Both the position numbers and the translations under genes were made by a program. A stretch of 63,737 nt of DNA, the filler included, from Perkinsus chesapeaki ATCC PRA-425 (taxonomy: Eukaryota > Protista > Perkinsozoa), in assembly GCA_013115145.1 (NCBI GenBank). It is 10 parts of 10 records of this genome, joined end to end, with 100 filler letters (N's around TTAATTAATTAA, not from the genome) between each part and the next. Parts side by side here need not be neighbours in the genome. Positions count along the whole stretch, not along the records: positions 35,714 to 44,844 come from JAAPAO010000947.1; positions 44,945 to 47,950 come from JAAPAO010001481.1; positions 48,051 to 49,593 come from JAAPAO010001905.1; positions 49,694 to 58,686 come from JAAPAO010000953.1; 6 more parts are not named here. One strand, written 5' to 3'. How positions within the stretch are numbered: position 1 is the stretch's first letter; the number at the start of each line of letters is the position of its first letter. This document shows positions 37,858 to 50,165 of the stretch, piece by piece. The notes below the pieces were generated by a model, which was not told the origin of the DNA, made no database searches, and worked only from the letters and a program-made list of their open reading frames with translations.

Positions 37858-40800
37858 AATTGCGTCGATTCTTACTCCGCTACTATCCGCCTGGTATCGT
37901 TTTAGAATATCAAAGACGTAACGGCGACGTAAGTTCGATACTAACCGGAACCAGTCGACATGAAATTTAAGAGAGCTCTCGTACTTTGAAACGAGCAAAG
38001 CTTCACTAAATGTGTTTAGAGTGACCAACGAGCTCAAGTTGAGGTTCCAGTTCGAAAATATCTTTGCCGGATCGCTTCGGAAAGGATAGAGTAGCATATT
38101 TTCTGTGAGCAATGTAGTCTTCGAAGGCATGCTTGAAGCTTGCGTTAGCTGCAGTGATACACTACTCGAAATGTAAACACTTTGAATGAAACGTTGATAA
38201 TGGTGCTGTTAATGACGTGATTCCATTGGTGTTTGAGAGAACTGAACTCTTAGGGGCTGCCCCTTTCAATATAGCTCCACAATTGCTTCACAGATGGACC
38301 TAACTCTAAACATTTCGATAATCGAAATTAGATTTCAGTGCGCAGTGATGCGCCGCTGCTCAGGTTGAAACCAAGTCGATCGATCTCCTCACGCTGGCTC
38401 CGGATTCTAATGTTGATAAGTTGGCAAATCAGATCGTGCTTGAGGAGCCACTACTGTCCGAGAAGAAAATAGTTAAGTTAGTTGTTACAACTGCCGTACT
38501 TGACTTGCGTACTTGCGTAGGGCGTTATTAAGAGAATGATATATAAGTTAATTGATAAGCTAGATAGCCATGATAAATCACAGAAGTTTTATCTGTACAA
38601 GATTCTCAGGTGAGAACGGTAAGGTGGTAAGTGCATCGATACTGCACCCCCCGTCCGGTTGTTTCTGATCTGTCCTTCCTCCTTATTCTCGAACTTTAAG
38701 TCAGTTTAAACCACTCGAAGAAGATAACGTATCGAGGCTCGTGTCGACATTATTTTTTGAGTACCCTGCCCGTGCTGTATCCTTCAGGCATCCTTAGTGA
38801 ATCACCATCAAGCGTTAGCGTATGCCATAGTGTAGGGCATACACTGTGTAGTGTACGTGCTCCCCTACACATAGCTTGTGTCACATAGAAGAATATCCGT
38901 CAAGAAATAGTTTGCCCTTGAGTCAATAGCACACACCACTTTGAACGTCTTCAAACTTGAGAGATTAGGTTAGAAGTGTTCAGCTCCTCATCAAACATCT
39001 TCAAAGGTCTTATTTTTGGTATTGGTGACCCATTAGGCGAGCTCATTTCCATGTGTTTCATAAACTGCAGGATGCCAGAGAGAAATTTGACAGAGCTTCT
39101 GGTAGCTAATCGAGGCCTGTTTAAGCACGGGAATCGTCGTCTATTACTATCCTTCAGAGCCCACATCTTGCCCCTCACCAACTGTGCGTTCAATAAATCG
39201 GGATCAAAGTTCATAACCGGCAGCTATGATCGTAACAGCTGGACGGCTGCTGCTGATGTTGCTTGAAGCATTATGCAGGCACATGTCGAGTGTGGGACAC
39301 TATAACGGGCGATGAGCTAGTCAGTCTCGGTGAGCAACAAACTGAAACATTAGCGAGAATGATATAGATTGTTACCAGTACACTGCGCGACGAAAATAGC
39401 GCGTGCTTTTGGGGCGGTTTAGGAGCAGTGTAGACTAGGAATGGTCTGACATTAACAATTCGGGCGCCATTCGGGATTCAAGAACTACTTAAGACGTCAC
39501 AAATCTCTAAAGAATTAGCGATTATACTCTCGATTCAATCGACACTCTGGCCTCTAAGCATGAAACGGCTGGATGGATGTAGAAATGTAGAATAGGAGTC
39601 TAAAAAAACCTGTTATCACACCATGGCATAGTTCCTGGCATCCCGCTGGCCATTAGACAGGGAATAATTATAAATACTATTCCATCGGAGTGAGTTGTAC
39701 AGAGTAAATATATGCATTTTTGAAACGGTACGAGTATACAAAGAACTTGCTCGAATCTGGGGATCACTTGAGGCAAGATTGATTTATCATGTTACTATTA
39801 AAAATAAGATTATAGAAGTGTAATCTGATAAAGTTGTTGTCGAGATGAATTATACATATATAATATCACGTTCATATATATTCATATAAAACGTGATTAT
39901 TTTCCTATAATGGAGATAGACTTTGGATTTAGTTCTATTTGGTATTATTGCGGAGTAGCTGCCAGATTCGAAATGCACACGGTCGCTCCTCTGTCAGAGG
40001 GTCACCGTAATGTGGTCTACGCTCTCGCTTTCAACAATCCATTTGGCGATAAGATTCTCACAGGCAGTTTCGATAAGACAGCTCGAATCTGGGATGCCGA
40101 GACTGGTAAACCTGTCCCTCCCCGCACCGTTTGAGAGTCAGTCAGGTCAATGTTTACACGTTCTTGTTGGGCATACCACAGAGATTGTTTGTGTGGCATT
40201 CAATCCTCCTGGTAGAACCTATCAGCAGCTGTGAACAGTTATCTTTGTTTAAGGTACAGTAGCTGCTACTGGCAGTATGGATAGAACTGCTAAGTTGTGG
40301 TCCGTTGAGACAGGTCGGTGTCCTCCTAATCTAGAATGAAACAAGATAAATGGAAATTAGTTTTATGCCCTAGCATCAATTCTCGGCGAAACGATATGCT
40401 ATAATATACGTAGTCAACCTGGAGAGAACCTTTATTTGTTTCTCAGTTTTCCTCCTGTATCCCTCAAACTCTAGGAAGTGTCTTTGACAGTACCGTGAGA
40501 GTCGGAAAGTCCGACGATCACTTTTTAAGTTTTGTTTGATTCACTTTTACTCTTCTAAATTTTCTTGTCTCGAAATACTACGTTTTTCAAGCTTTTATGA
40601 TGAATGAAAAGTGTCCCTTTCAGATCAAGAAATCCCACGGGAACATCATACTATGTTGGCCCCTGAAGGAATTCACTCCTTCGTGCATCCTTCTGCTCTA
40701 AAAACATATTTACTAGCTGCTTCCGCTGTGGCACTAGAAACTTTTGGATCACCGTGGAAAAAATTCTACCTGCTAGATGACTCAAGGATTATCATTTTCA

Positions 40801-43397
40801 GAAAGTGGGTTTTTTACTTTATTTTTCATAGTAGTATTTTATTTATCCTAAAATCTTTCCGCACTCGCTAAAGTTCCAGTAGGCTTCAATCAAAGACGAA
40901 ATTCGTTTTGTGAAGACTTCACAGTGAAGTTCAGAAGCTGAACCTGAAGGAAGTGCGAATTTTCGCGTTACTCATTGATTCCATCCAGAAGGATTAAACT
41001 GGAATCTTGCTCAGGAGCAATTATTGCTACACTAGAGGGCCATACAGCGGAGATTGTCAGTTTGAACTTCAACACAGTAGGCACGAGATTGCTAACTGGT
41101 GAGCTCCTGCATTGAAACTTCTACTCTCAACCTACATGCCTGCTCTTATGAAGATATACCAGTCTTGTTTTACTTTGCATTTTTATGCCCTGCACAAACA
41201 CGCTTCTATGAGGCCCGGGTTCGATTCCTCAAGCACGCATGCACTTGCAATCAAGATTACCCTTACAAGGTTCGTTCGATAACACAGCTCGGCTATGGTC
41301 AGTTCCCAGTGGAGCCTGTTTGCATGTAAATGAATCGTCAACTTTGTAATTTCGAGACAAATCACAGGTGTTGGCCAGCCATAGTGGCGAAGTCGCAGCA
41401 GCTCAGTTTGACTTTACTGGTGAACTTATTGTCACTGGGAGCATCGACAGGACGTAGGACGCCTTAGAGAAGACTTAGTGTAGCGTAGTCAGGTGCAAGC
41501 TGTGGGACTCTAATACGGGACAGTTGCTGGACACTCTGAAGGGACATCAAGATGAAGTGGGTGCTTCAAGCACCGTGCTCGGCGATTCACCCGGCATTCT
41601 TGGGCAGAATTATGTCAATACGTGGTGTGATAGATATGTCATTTTAGCAGAACTACAGTGCGTTCGCATTTGTTGGGCATGTCGCTAAAGGTATTGTACC
41701 AATATTCATTAAAGTAGATAAGCTTCACTACCGAACACCAACTACTGATATTCAATTCGAACCGTTGGCAGTTGAGGTGTTATGCAAATTGACACACCTC
41801 GCAACATTGGTCATGCTGCGGTCTACCACACTGTTGCCTAAAGACTACGCTGAAACTGTTCCTATCGATTATTCACATTGATTTCACCCAGCTGTTCGAT
41901 ACGAGTTTTCCTTAGTACGCCTACAACTGACAACTGTTCGCCTACTTTGATGCCGTTGCGGTCAATATACTTACAGGCATATGATATGCTGCATATGATT
42001 AATTATCCATTTCCATTGATAAATGTCTTATCTTGAAACTCGTATCAGTCTTCGTAATCTTATTCACTAATATTCATACATGATATCTGCGATAGTTTTG
42101 TTGATGTCTATTAGCGGTATGAATCCCATGAATTTGCGTCAACTGGTCAGCAGTGCAGTGAATCTTGTCGTCGGTTATTCATGGATTGAACTACTATTTA
42201 TATCTTCTATTATAAAGGTTCTCGATGTTGTCTTCAACTCTACTGGATCGAGGATTGCAACTGCTTCCGCTGACGGCACTTCCAAAATGTAAGCGATTAT
42301 CAAATTGTGTGCTAACTTGGCAATTCTAAGTAGAGCTTTCACTAGATCATACTAGAGTGTGCTACTTTAACACAATGTGAGTACTATACACTATTGAAGA
42401 GTGACTATCTACTTTTTTCGAAAAATAATGATCAATACTCAGACAACTTGAACGCAAATTCGTTGTATTGTTTGCGGGCAACTGTGGTAACTGTAGTACG
42501 AGCAGTTCCTAGGATGCTATAATATACCATTACACAGTCTAATTTACTCTGTATAATCTAGTTACGTTCTTTGGCGCTTTTCGACGTTTGAATATATCTT
42601 GTCTGTATGCCGAGTGTTTCGTATTATTAACAATATGTGTAATTAGAATATAAAGTTCAAAGGTGGAGTGAATGTTCAGATATGATATCGAGAAGGGAAG
42701 ATGTGTCGCTACATTAGTCGGCCATGAAAATGAAATCTCCAAGGTGAGTGTGATTTGCCAGAAACTTCATGCGATAGTTGAACGATAAATAAATTGGAAG
42801 TCTATATAGAAATATGTTATCATCATTCAACGTTGAGTCACAATACCGCAAGATTTCACAATTTCGTTTTCCAATTGCGAAAGGCAATTTTAAATTGCCA
42901 ATTTATTTCAATCCAACGATAACATTATAGAGCTCAATATCGTCAGCTGGTTATCATCATCCTACAAGCTCAATCATATACAGTCCTACTCATATCTGAT
43001 TGTTCGGCTAACTCAGAGATACTCATCTTAATGGCTCACACAGGTTCAGTTCAGCCCAGCTGGTGGAAAAGTGCTCACGGCTGCAAGCGATCACACCTGT
43101 CGAATTTGGGATTCAGTCACAGGGGAATGTCTACAGGTAAATCATTATTGAAACCGTAACTGTAGGAGTTCTGTATCAGATTCTGGAAGGTCACACGGAT
43201 GAGGTATTCAGTTGTGCTTTCAACTATGAAGGTGAGCCTTCGGTGTGCATAAATGGTCCATCGGTGTTTCCATAGGGGATACTATAATTACTGGCAGTAA
43301 GGACAACACCTGTAGAATCTGGAAGGAAAACTGCTTCGTCGATCCAACGGGTAGGCTAGTGATTTTCCTCGTGAGTTTGGTTCAGTCATCCTCGTAA
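37854..43397 (+). CDS. DAW1: Dynein assembly factor with WD repeats 1 (ODA16/WDR69), about 15 exons
   Basis: Exon 1 [19 protein letters not shown] (37854-37928), exon 2 VETKSIDLL (from 38364), [34 protein letters not shown] (39158), then successive WD40 exons ending [17 protein letters not shown]. The exact 3' end is uncertain. Confidence 0.95.
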
Positions 43398-44098
43398 ACT
43401 TTGTTACACGAATCGCGTACCGCGATTAGGCTGAATCGAATTATCTCCGATAATGACGGTCATAATCAGTAGTCATGCATTACCCGGTCTGTCGTTAAAT
43501 CATTCATAAGAAGTTTATACACTTGTTTGTACACTGCAGGACCAGAATGTGAACCTCATGTGACATGAGTCATGTCGACTTTGGTTGAACTAATACTCGT
43601 CGGAATAGCTTTCGTGTAAAGCTTAGTTGAATATAGTAATTATAGCAAGGTGTATTTCAATAGATGATGTGAAACAGGTAGACAATCTGATTGAAGATTA
43701 AGGCTTCAATCGATACGTATGGCCATTTACCCGCGGCCACATAGGCGATAGGAGGACGTATAATACTACTTAATGTATTGATTATATTATTGTATCAATA
43801 CGACCAGATACCACTTCAAGTGATGTCAAGCCTGTAAGTGATGATAAAGCTGAAGAACATGCGGCATCTTGATCCTGGAATTCTCGGTCAATAGGAATTG
43901 TTGCGTCTATGAGCTTGCAAGGGAATCAGTCGCTCAGAGAGTCGGTATCAGTGATACTGGTAGTGCATCATAAACATCAAGTTTGGACACATTAAGTGAT
44001 ATATAACATCACAATAAACGAGCTTTAAAAGCTGATTCCAAGGTTACTTATTCTATCTATTATCTCATACCAGGTTTCTAATAGACCCAGCATGTTCT

Positions 44099-44369
44099 GT
44101 GGATGTAACGAGCGTGGAATTGCTATTGGACGAAAAGATCATGTACGAAACGCGCATTGTCAGCATATCTTTGCATGAAACAAGCATGAACGAAACAAGC
44201 ATGAACGAAACAATCGTGGACGAAACCCTACATGGACGAAACAAATGTGTATGAAACGAGCACAATCACAGTGGACGAAACGATCCTGGATAAACTGCGA
44301 TTTGGGCGAAACAATCTTGGACGGAACATGCCATGGACGAAACAATAATGGACGAATCGCGGTACACCC
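44099..44369. mobile_element. Partial copy (one terminus plus subterminal repeats) of the TIR element family
   Basis: Array of TGGACGAAACAA-like ~15-bp units ending GGACGAATCGCGGTACACCC. Its end is the near-exact reverse complement of 46667-46706. Confidence 0.8.
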
Positions 44370-44662
44370 TAGTAAACTACCTTGAGATTTGTGTTCGGAC
44401 AGTTATCAAGTACGCTTGATGAGTGCGGGAAGGATTGGGAGATGTGCACGGGTACATCAATTACAGCATAGCCGAACGATGTACGCGTGCGCATAGAAAC
44501 ATCAGCGAGTAAGGAGTTACCCCTAGGGCAACAGAGTTTGTCCCTCCGTTTCCGACCCAACCGGATCGACTCCATCACCCGCTGTGTTTCTCCTATCCCA
44601 CATTCTCGTGTCAGAGGAGATTTCACCCGCCGTAAACTACCCCTCGTTAGCAAATGAACTAT

Positions 44663-44736
44663 TACCCGATGCAGGATTCGAACCTACGACCATCTGCTCC
44701 GTAGGTAGACATTCTATCCAGCTGAACTAATCGGGC
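44663..44736 (-). tRNA. tRNA-Arg: tRNA-Arg(ACG)
   Basis: Cloverleaf: acceptor GCCCGAT/ATCGGGT, D stem GTTC/GAAT, anticodon loop CT-ACG-GA, T arm GTAGG-TTCGAAT-CCTGC. One A-C mismatch in the anticodon stem. Confidence 0.88.
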
Positions 44737-46666
44737 GATGCCAGTACTTCGAAGTGACCACTCTTCTTCACTTGTGATGTCAGTACCTACCGCGTAGGAT
44801 TGCTGTCATAAGCGTGACAAGTGGGATTCATATAGCCTATGCGGNNNNNNNNNNNNNNNNNNNNNNNNNNNNNNNNNNNNNNNNNNNNTTAATTAATTAA
44901 NNNNNNNNNNNNNNNNNNNNNNNNNNNNNNNNNNNNNNNNNNNNTCATTGCGTTGATCTTTTTTCGTGATCTTTTTCTCAGGATCACGCGTGGATCAGGA
45001 TCCGCATACCGGCCCAGATTGTGGATCACAACTTGCCATGCCCCGCCTTGCACTATGACACTAACAGGTTTGCGTAGGCACGAATTCTGCGTAGGCATAT
45101 TCGAGTGAGCCTTGCTGAAGTGGTGCGAGCCCGATTCTCTCCTGTATTCTATCCCCGCTTGCCCGATATGCGCGCCTACTATGTCACGTCCTCGGGGGCT
45201 GTTGCTGGTGGTTCACTCATACTATGAGTCTCATAGGGATGAACTCAAAGCGGGGGAGAATCAACAAAGGCTTATATTCGGTCTTCAGCTTTGGGGGGGG
45301 GAATCACCAAGGTAATAATCGATTAACCGCGCAGAGTCAAGCGGCGGCGGCAACACTTTCCCCTCCAAAGACAGTGATTAATCATAGTGAAAGTGTTGAT
45401 AAAAAGTAAAGTAGTAATGAGTACTATAAATTTATGATGATGAGGAGATAATGGGTTCCCCCTCGTGAAAGGGGACTAGTGGTAGACGATCGATGGACAA
45501 TAATCAATCGGAGTCTAGATCGTCTAGGTTGGGTTCTAAGCAAAGTTTCACATCTCGCGAGCTAACCACTTCTGTAGTACCATCGTAGCCATTGAGAGTG
45601 ACTCTTTTGCCTTTGATAGATTTGATCCGGAATGGACCAATGTGGCGTGGGGCGAGTTTGGGTATACCGCTGCCAGAATCATTCTTGTTAGCTTGCTGAT
45701 TGAGCCAGACGAGGTCGTCAACGTCGAGGTCATCGTCTCTGTATTTTTGATAAATTTTAGCTTTAGCTTGTCGACGTTGGAGTAGTTCTTATGCTTGTTG
45801 TCGATGATGTTGTGTTGTAGTTTGTTACCAAATGGGTCGAAGTGAAAGAGGAGATTGTGTGGGCAATGTAGTGTTGTAGGATCAGTAGGTATAGTTGGAT
45901 CATCAGTGAGTGAAGTATTGATAACTTATTTTATCACAGAGTGCAGACCAGTCAGCAGTATTATTAGTATCAATAACACTATCACGATTATGATAGGGGT
46001 AGAGGAAGACTCGGAGCTTGTGAGTAATTTCTCGATGTAGTCGTTCTAGTCTCCCATTCGCTTCACCACAGTCTACTGGAGATAGTAAGTGCTCAGCTTG
46101 GATAGAATTCAGATAGCTGGTGAAGATGTTTGAAGTGAATATAGATCCACGATCGGTAAGGAGTCGTAAGTTACGACTCGTAACCCAGCAGGATGACGAT
46201 GATAATAGCGTTGGATTGTGGAGAGTGCATGAATCGTACGATGCCACCCCTAATAACCGGTATGCGGAGCGGACGTCGTATTGTACCAAGAAGTCTAGAG
46301 GAGAGGCTCGCGAGATCAAATTGTAGATTTCACGCTTCGCAGGGTGGACCACGGTTCGGTCAAGTAGTATCTGGCGATTCACGCCCGACCGACGAAAATC
46401 CGAAATTAAGCGGACTTTTGTACGGTGTCCTTCCAGATGGGGATGCACCGGCTTACAGCCCCGCCAGCCGGAGGATTTGCAGCCCAAGCGATGCGTCCCA
46501 CCCTTATTTCCTCGTCTATTTGTTTCTGAGCATATGCTCGTAAGCGCTCATCACGTGTAGTGGTAGCACGAAAGCACGTAGGAAACTGGGCCACTAGATC
46601 GGAGGGCCCGCGAATGGTAGACTGTCCCCCCGTTTCCGCTTACGGGACGCAGCGGTGGGTCAAGCC

Positions 46667-47169
46667 GGGTGTACCGCGATTCGTCCATCATTGTTTCGTC
46701 CATGGCGTAATCCGACGAAGAAAGTCAAATTTGTAGATGCGCGTTAGTGCAGTTGGTTAAACGGGTCATTCACAAATTGAAAGGTCGTAGGTTCGATCCC
46801 CGGGGAGTGCTTGCCCAAGTTTCAAGAAAGTTAGGCCGAAGACCGAACGCCAATTTTTGACACATGTGAAGCCGTGACGGCATCACAAATGTCAAAAATT
46901 GGCGTGGATGAAACGAGCATGTACGAATCGAAACCTGCATGTACGAAGCGAATATGGATGAAACGAGCGGATTTAGAGCGAAAATGGAAGAAACGGCGTG
47001 GACGAAAGAAGCATGGGGAAAAAGCGCGTGGGTGAACTGCAAGTGTACGAAGTGAGCTGGAGGAAACGCGCACGGATGAAAAGAGCTGGGCGAATCCGCG
47101 CGTGGACGAAACAATTTTGGACGGAACATACCGTGGACGAAACAACACTGGATGAATGGCGACACCCCC
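46667..47169. mobile_element. Non-autonomous TIR element (~503 bp) with a 9-bp target-site duplication
   Basis: Left end GGGTGTACCGCGATTCGTCCA and right end TGGATGAATGGCGACACCCCC are imperfect inverted repeats. GGTCAAGCC flanks both sides (46658-46666 and 47170-47178). Confidence 0.85.
46739..46810 (+). pseudogene. tRNA-like sequence (A and B boxes) inside the TIR element
   Basis: TAGTGCAGTTGG (A box) and GGTTCGATCC (B box) at tRNA spacing. The acceptor, anticodon and T stems are broken. Confidence 0.7.
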
Positions 47170-48611
47170 GGTCAAGCCGGCGACTCGCCTACCGTCGATA
47201 AGAGGCCAACTGTGGTGCCATCCTTAATGTGGGAGCATATAAGAGAAACATCTTTCATGAAGGTCTCTTCGTAGGTTGAGAAAGGAGAGGTGATGTGAAA
47301 AAGCGTCTCCATGAGAGTAGGGTAGAGAGGAGAGAGTGTCGAGGGTCGGGAGCCCAATGTGTAGCGGCCAAGAAGGATGTCCATTGTTCCCGGACAGAGT
47401 CTGCTACCGCTTCAAGTCCAAGTTGTTGCCACTGGTTTCCAAGCGCCTGCTGGTCCGAGAAAGGCGCTAAGAAAGTGTTGGAGAATGCGTTGTTCGCTAA
47501 GTAGGTCCAGCTTACCACTGTGTCTCGTAAAAGAGAAGCCATGTGGTGATGTGCGGAGAGCCCCGTTGCACTAGGTGTGACGAGCGTCCACTGAGAGATG
47601 CTCGCCGATCCCGACCCGTCTGTGATGGGAGTAGCCAGACTCCACGTCGCTAGAACCGCCAGTAGAGCTTGCAGCCACGGTGACGAGGAACTATGATGGC
47701 GTTTTCCCCGCCACCATGAGCTCTATTTCCCCGTCCGAGGGCCTGCACCTGGGTGAGAAGTTCACGATCCTGCGCTAACTATTTTGCTACCGCGTCCTCG
47801 GTCTGTTTATCCTGACGAGGACGTTTGGCCGGGGAGCCACCGTTGAACGACTCCCTGGATTTCTCCTGATGCCGCGAGGGGGTGTTCATGTCCCATACAC
47901 CGAAAACTCGTACACCTTCGACTCATGTCTCGAATACTCGTACATTTACGNNNNNNNNNNNNNNNNNNNNNNNNNNNNNNNNNNNNNNNNNNNNTTAATT
48001 AATTAANNNNNNNNNNNNNNNNNNNNNNNNNNNNNNNNNNNNNNNNNNNNGTGGAAGGGGGAGTTCGATTGAGGACATGAGATTGGTATTGAAAGCGAGT
48101 AAACCTAAAAACCTTGTTTTTTTGAACCGAGAGGTACATAGTTTAACCATGATAGTTTGTGATCTCTGGTTCGATTGTTCAACTCCAATGACAATGAATG
48201 TTTATGACTGATAATGTTGGTAGTATATGATGACTGATAATGACTGAGACGGATGCTGGTAACCAGCAGCTGGTTGATGACGAATAGCGGTGAGCAATGA
48301 TGGAGGATAAGTTAGGGTACCTAGTAGGAGCCAAAAAGGATGAGGAAGACTCTTACTGGGAGAGTACCTGGGGTCGCAAGGTTCCCCAGGCTGGGGGCTC
48401 TCTCTAAGGGACTTGGTACCCTAACCTTGAAAGATGTCCAAGATGTTATTCATGAGTGTGGCTCACCTTCGTCCAAAAAAGAACTTTTTTTTCACTGCTT
48501 TTTGTCGGCTTTCTTGTCAGCTTTATCTTCCTTGGTAGAAGACTGGGACCAACCCCAGGCATCCCATTCGTACTTGGATCTGCCCTTTCTGTCCCAACTA
48601 CCAGTCCAGCG

Positions 48612-49508
48612 CTAGTCTTGGGACCTTTGGGGCCACTTGGATGACCGTGAAGGGAATGTTGATGTGACTGGGGGTGGTGTGAAGCCTACATTCTTACACA
48701 AGATTTGCTCCAATGTGGGACAAATCGGGTGTTTCTTGGAGAGGTCCACGTCCGGAATGCTACCCTCAAGGACGGCTGAATGAGCTTCCTGTATCATAGT
48801 GTCCAAAGCGAATTTGGCCCTCATCGTGCCTCCCTGGCCAAATCCAACATCGCACAGATGGCCTATGGCGTGGGCGACGCCACGATGGGAGATTAACCCA
48901 GAGTGAAAGAGTCTGCCTGTGAAGGCTTGGGCTGCCAGAATCACGGCCGTTATGGCCAGGGGTTGGGAAGTTGTATCCTGTTGTTTGAAGTCTTTCATTC
49001 TCACAAATCCCGGTGGCACATAGTCGAACCATTGCTGGTCTAACCAACTGGATAGCCAAGCTCTTCTGTAGGACGTGGGTGATAGAAGATGCCCAGGGGA
49101 CCCTGAAAGGGTCGGAGGGGTGCGAAGAGATTGGAGTTGTACCACATCGTCCCCATGGGAGGCGTTGCGGCTGCGAGCGGCTGGGTCTGTAGTTTCGGTG
49201 CCCATAGCCTCGCGCAGGAACTGCTTAGTCTGGTCGTCCATGTCATCGTCGTTGTCGAGGGGGGAAAGTACGGTGAGGCCTTCTTGGGGTTTGGATGGTA
49301 TACCCTTTGAGGAGGCCCTTCCTTTCGAGGTTGACTTGCGACCAAGAGAATCCACCGGTGACGCCGGCTCTAGAGGGGGGAGCTGGTCATCAGATGAGTC
49401 ATCTTCTGGGTGGGGTAGGGCCTTCGGAGTCGGAATCTTGGGCTTGGCCCTACGAGGGGACTTGCGGGTCCTTGAGGTCTGCTTGGGGGCAGGTCGTTTG
49501 GGAGGCAT
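48612..49508 (-). CDS. 298-aa ORF with a basic/Pro-rich disordered N-terminus, possibly a retroelement gag-like ORF1
   Basis: Intronless ORF filling a small contig. The gag assignment rests on architecture only, with no diagnostic motif. Confidence 0.45.
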   Translation of the reverse strand: MPPKRPAPKQTSRTRKSPRRAKPKIPTPKALPHPEDDSSDDQLPPLEPASPVDSLGRKSTSKGRASSKGIPSKPQEGLTVLSPLDNDDDMDDQTKQFLREAMGTETTDPAARSRNASHGDDVVQLQSLRTPPTLSGSPGHLLSPTSYRRAWLSSWLDQQWFDYVPPGFVRMKDFKQQDTTSQPLAITAVILAAQAFTGRLFHSGLISHRGVAHAIGHLCDVGFGQGGTMRAKFALDTMIQEAHSAVLEGSIPDVDLSKKHPICPTLEQILCKNVGFTPPPVTSTFPSRSSKWPQRSQD

Positions 49509-49804
49509 GAGGAATTCGAGACAAGTTACACCCTGAGAAAGATCAGTGTCGGATCGAGCGAAATGTCCGCATCTGAATCCGAACGAATATTTCNNNNNNN
49601 NNNNNNNNNNNNNNNNNNNNNNNNNNNNNNNNNNNNNTTAATTAATTAANNNNNNNNNNNNNNNNNNNNNNNNNNNNNNNNNNNNNNNNNNNNGGTGAAA
49701 GCAGTGGAGTGTAGAAGTTGGAGGATGTGACGTTTTTACCCATTTAATTTCTGGACGGTTTTGTCGGGGCACGCTATTTAGATATAGATAATGCATTGTC
49801 GGTT

Positions 49805-50165
49805 ATGCAACAACAAGCATTAGTGATTCAAGCCCCACCGACTTGTCCTATACCACCAGCTCCTGCATATTATGAAGATGGTATGTCATTGGATTCATTA
49901 ATAAGAGCGGCATGGAGAACACAATATCAAGCATTTCAAATAAAGATGCATGGCAACTTAGATTCAGCATTAGATGAACCAAATAATAGACCTAAACTAC
50001 ATAAAAAGGGTTTATCTAGAGGAGAAATGATAAGACGACAAAGGTGCGGCTCAAAGCTTTACGCTTGTGGGAAATTGTGCATTTAGGGAAAGTCAGAGGA
50101 AAGGCGGGAAGAGCGATAAGGATACAGATGAGGAGATGAATAGAGACGAACAGCATCCTAGGTAA
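49805..50165 (+). CDS. Hypothetical two-exon gene, paralog of 54746-55313
   Basis: Exon 1 is nearly identical to the 54.7-kb copy, with the same GTGCGG donor. Exon 2 is short and diverged. Confidence 0.5.

Larger units (their letters stand above)
44945..47950 (-). mobile_element. Degenerate Ty3/Gypsy LTR retrotransposon (protease, RT fragment, integrase, PPT, start of 3' LTR)
   Basis: DILLGRY (protease end), RLISDFR and YDVRSAY (RT), LLTDRGSIFTS and NGRLERLHREI (integrase), KLAPRHIGPFRI (GPF). PPT GGAGGGGGAAAG is followed by TGTTG at 45355. Contains stops and frameshifts. Confidence 0.85.

Noticed and set aside
37828-38130. Minus-strand 100-aa ORF
   Set aside because: It is an antisense shadow of DAW1 exon 1 and intron 1.
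45583-45592. CGTAGCCATT resembling part of the dinoflagellate/Perkinsus spliced leader
   Set aside because: Only about 10 nt match, and it lies within retrotransposon coding sequence.
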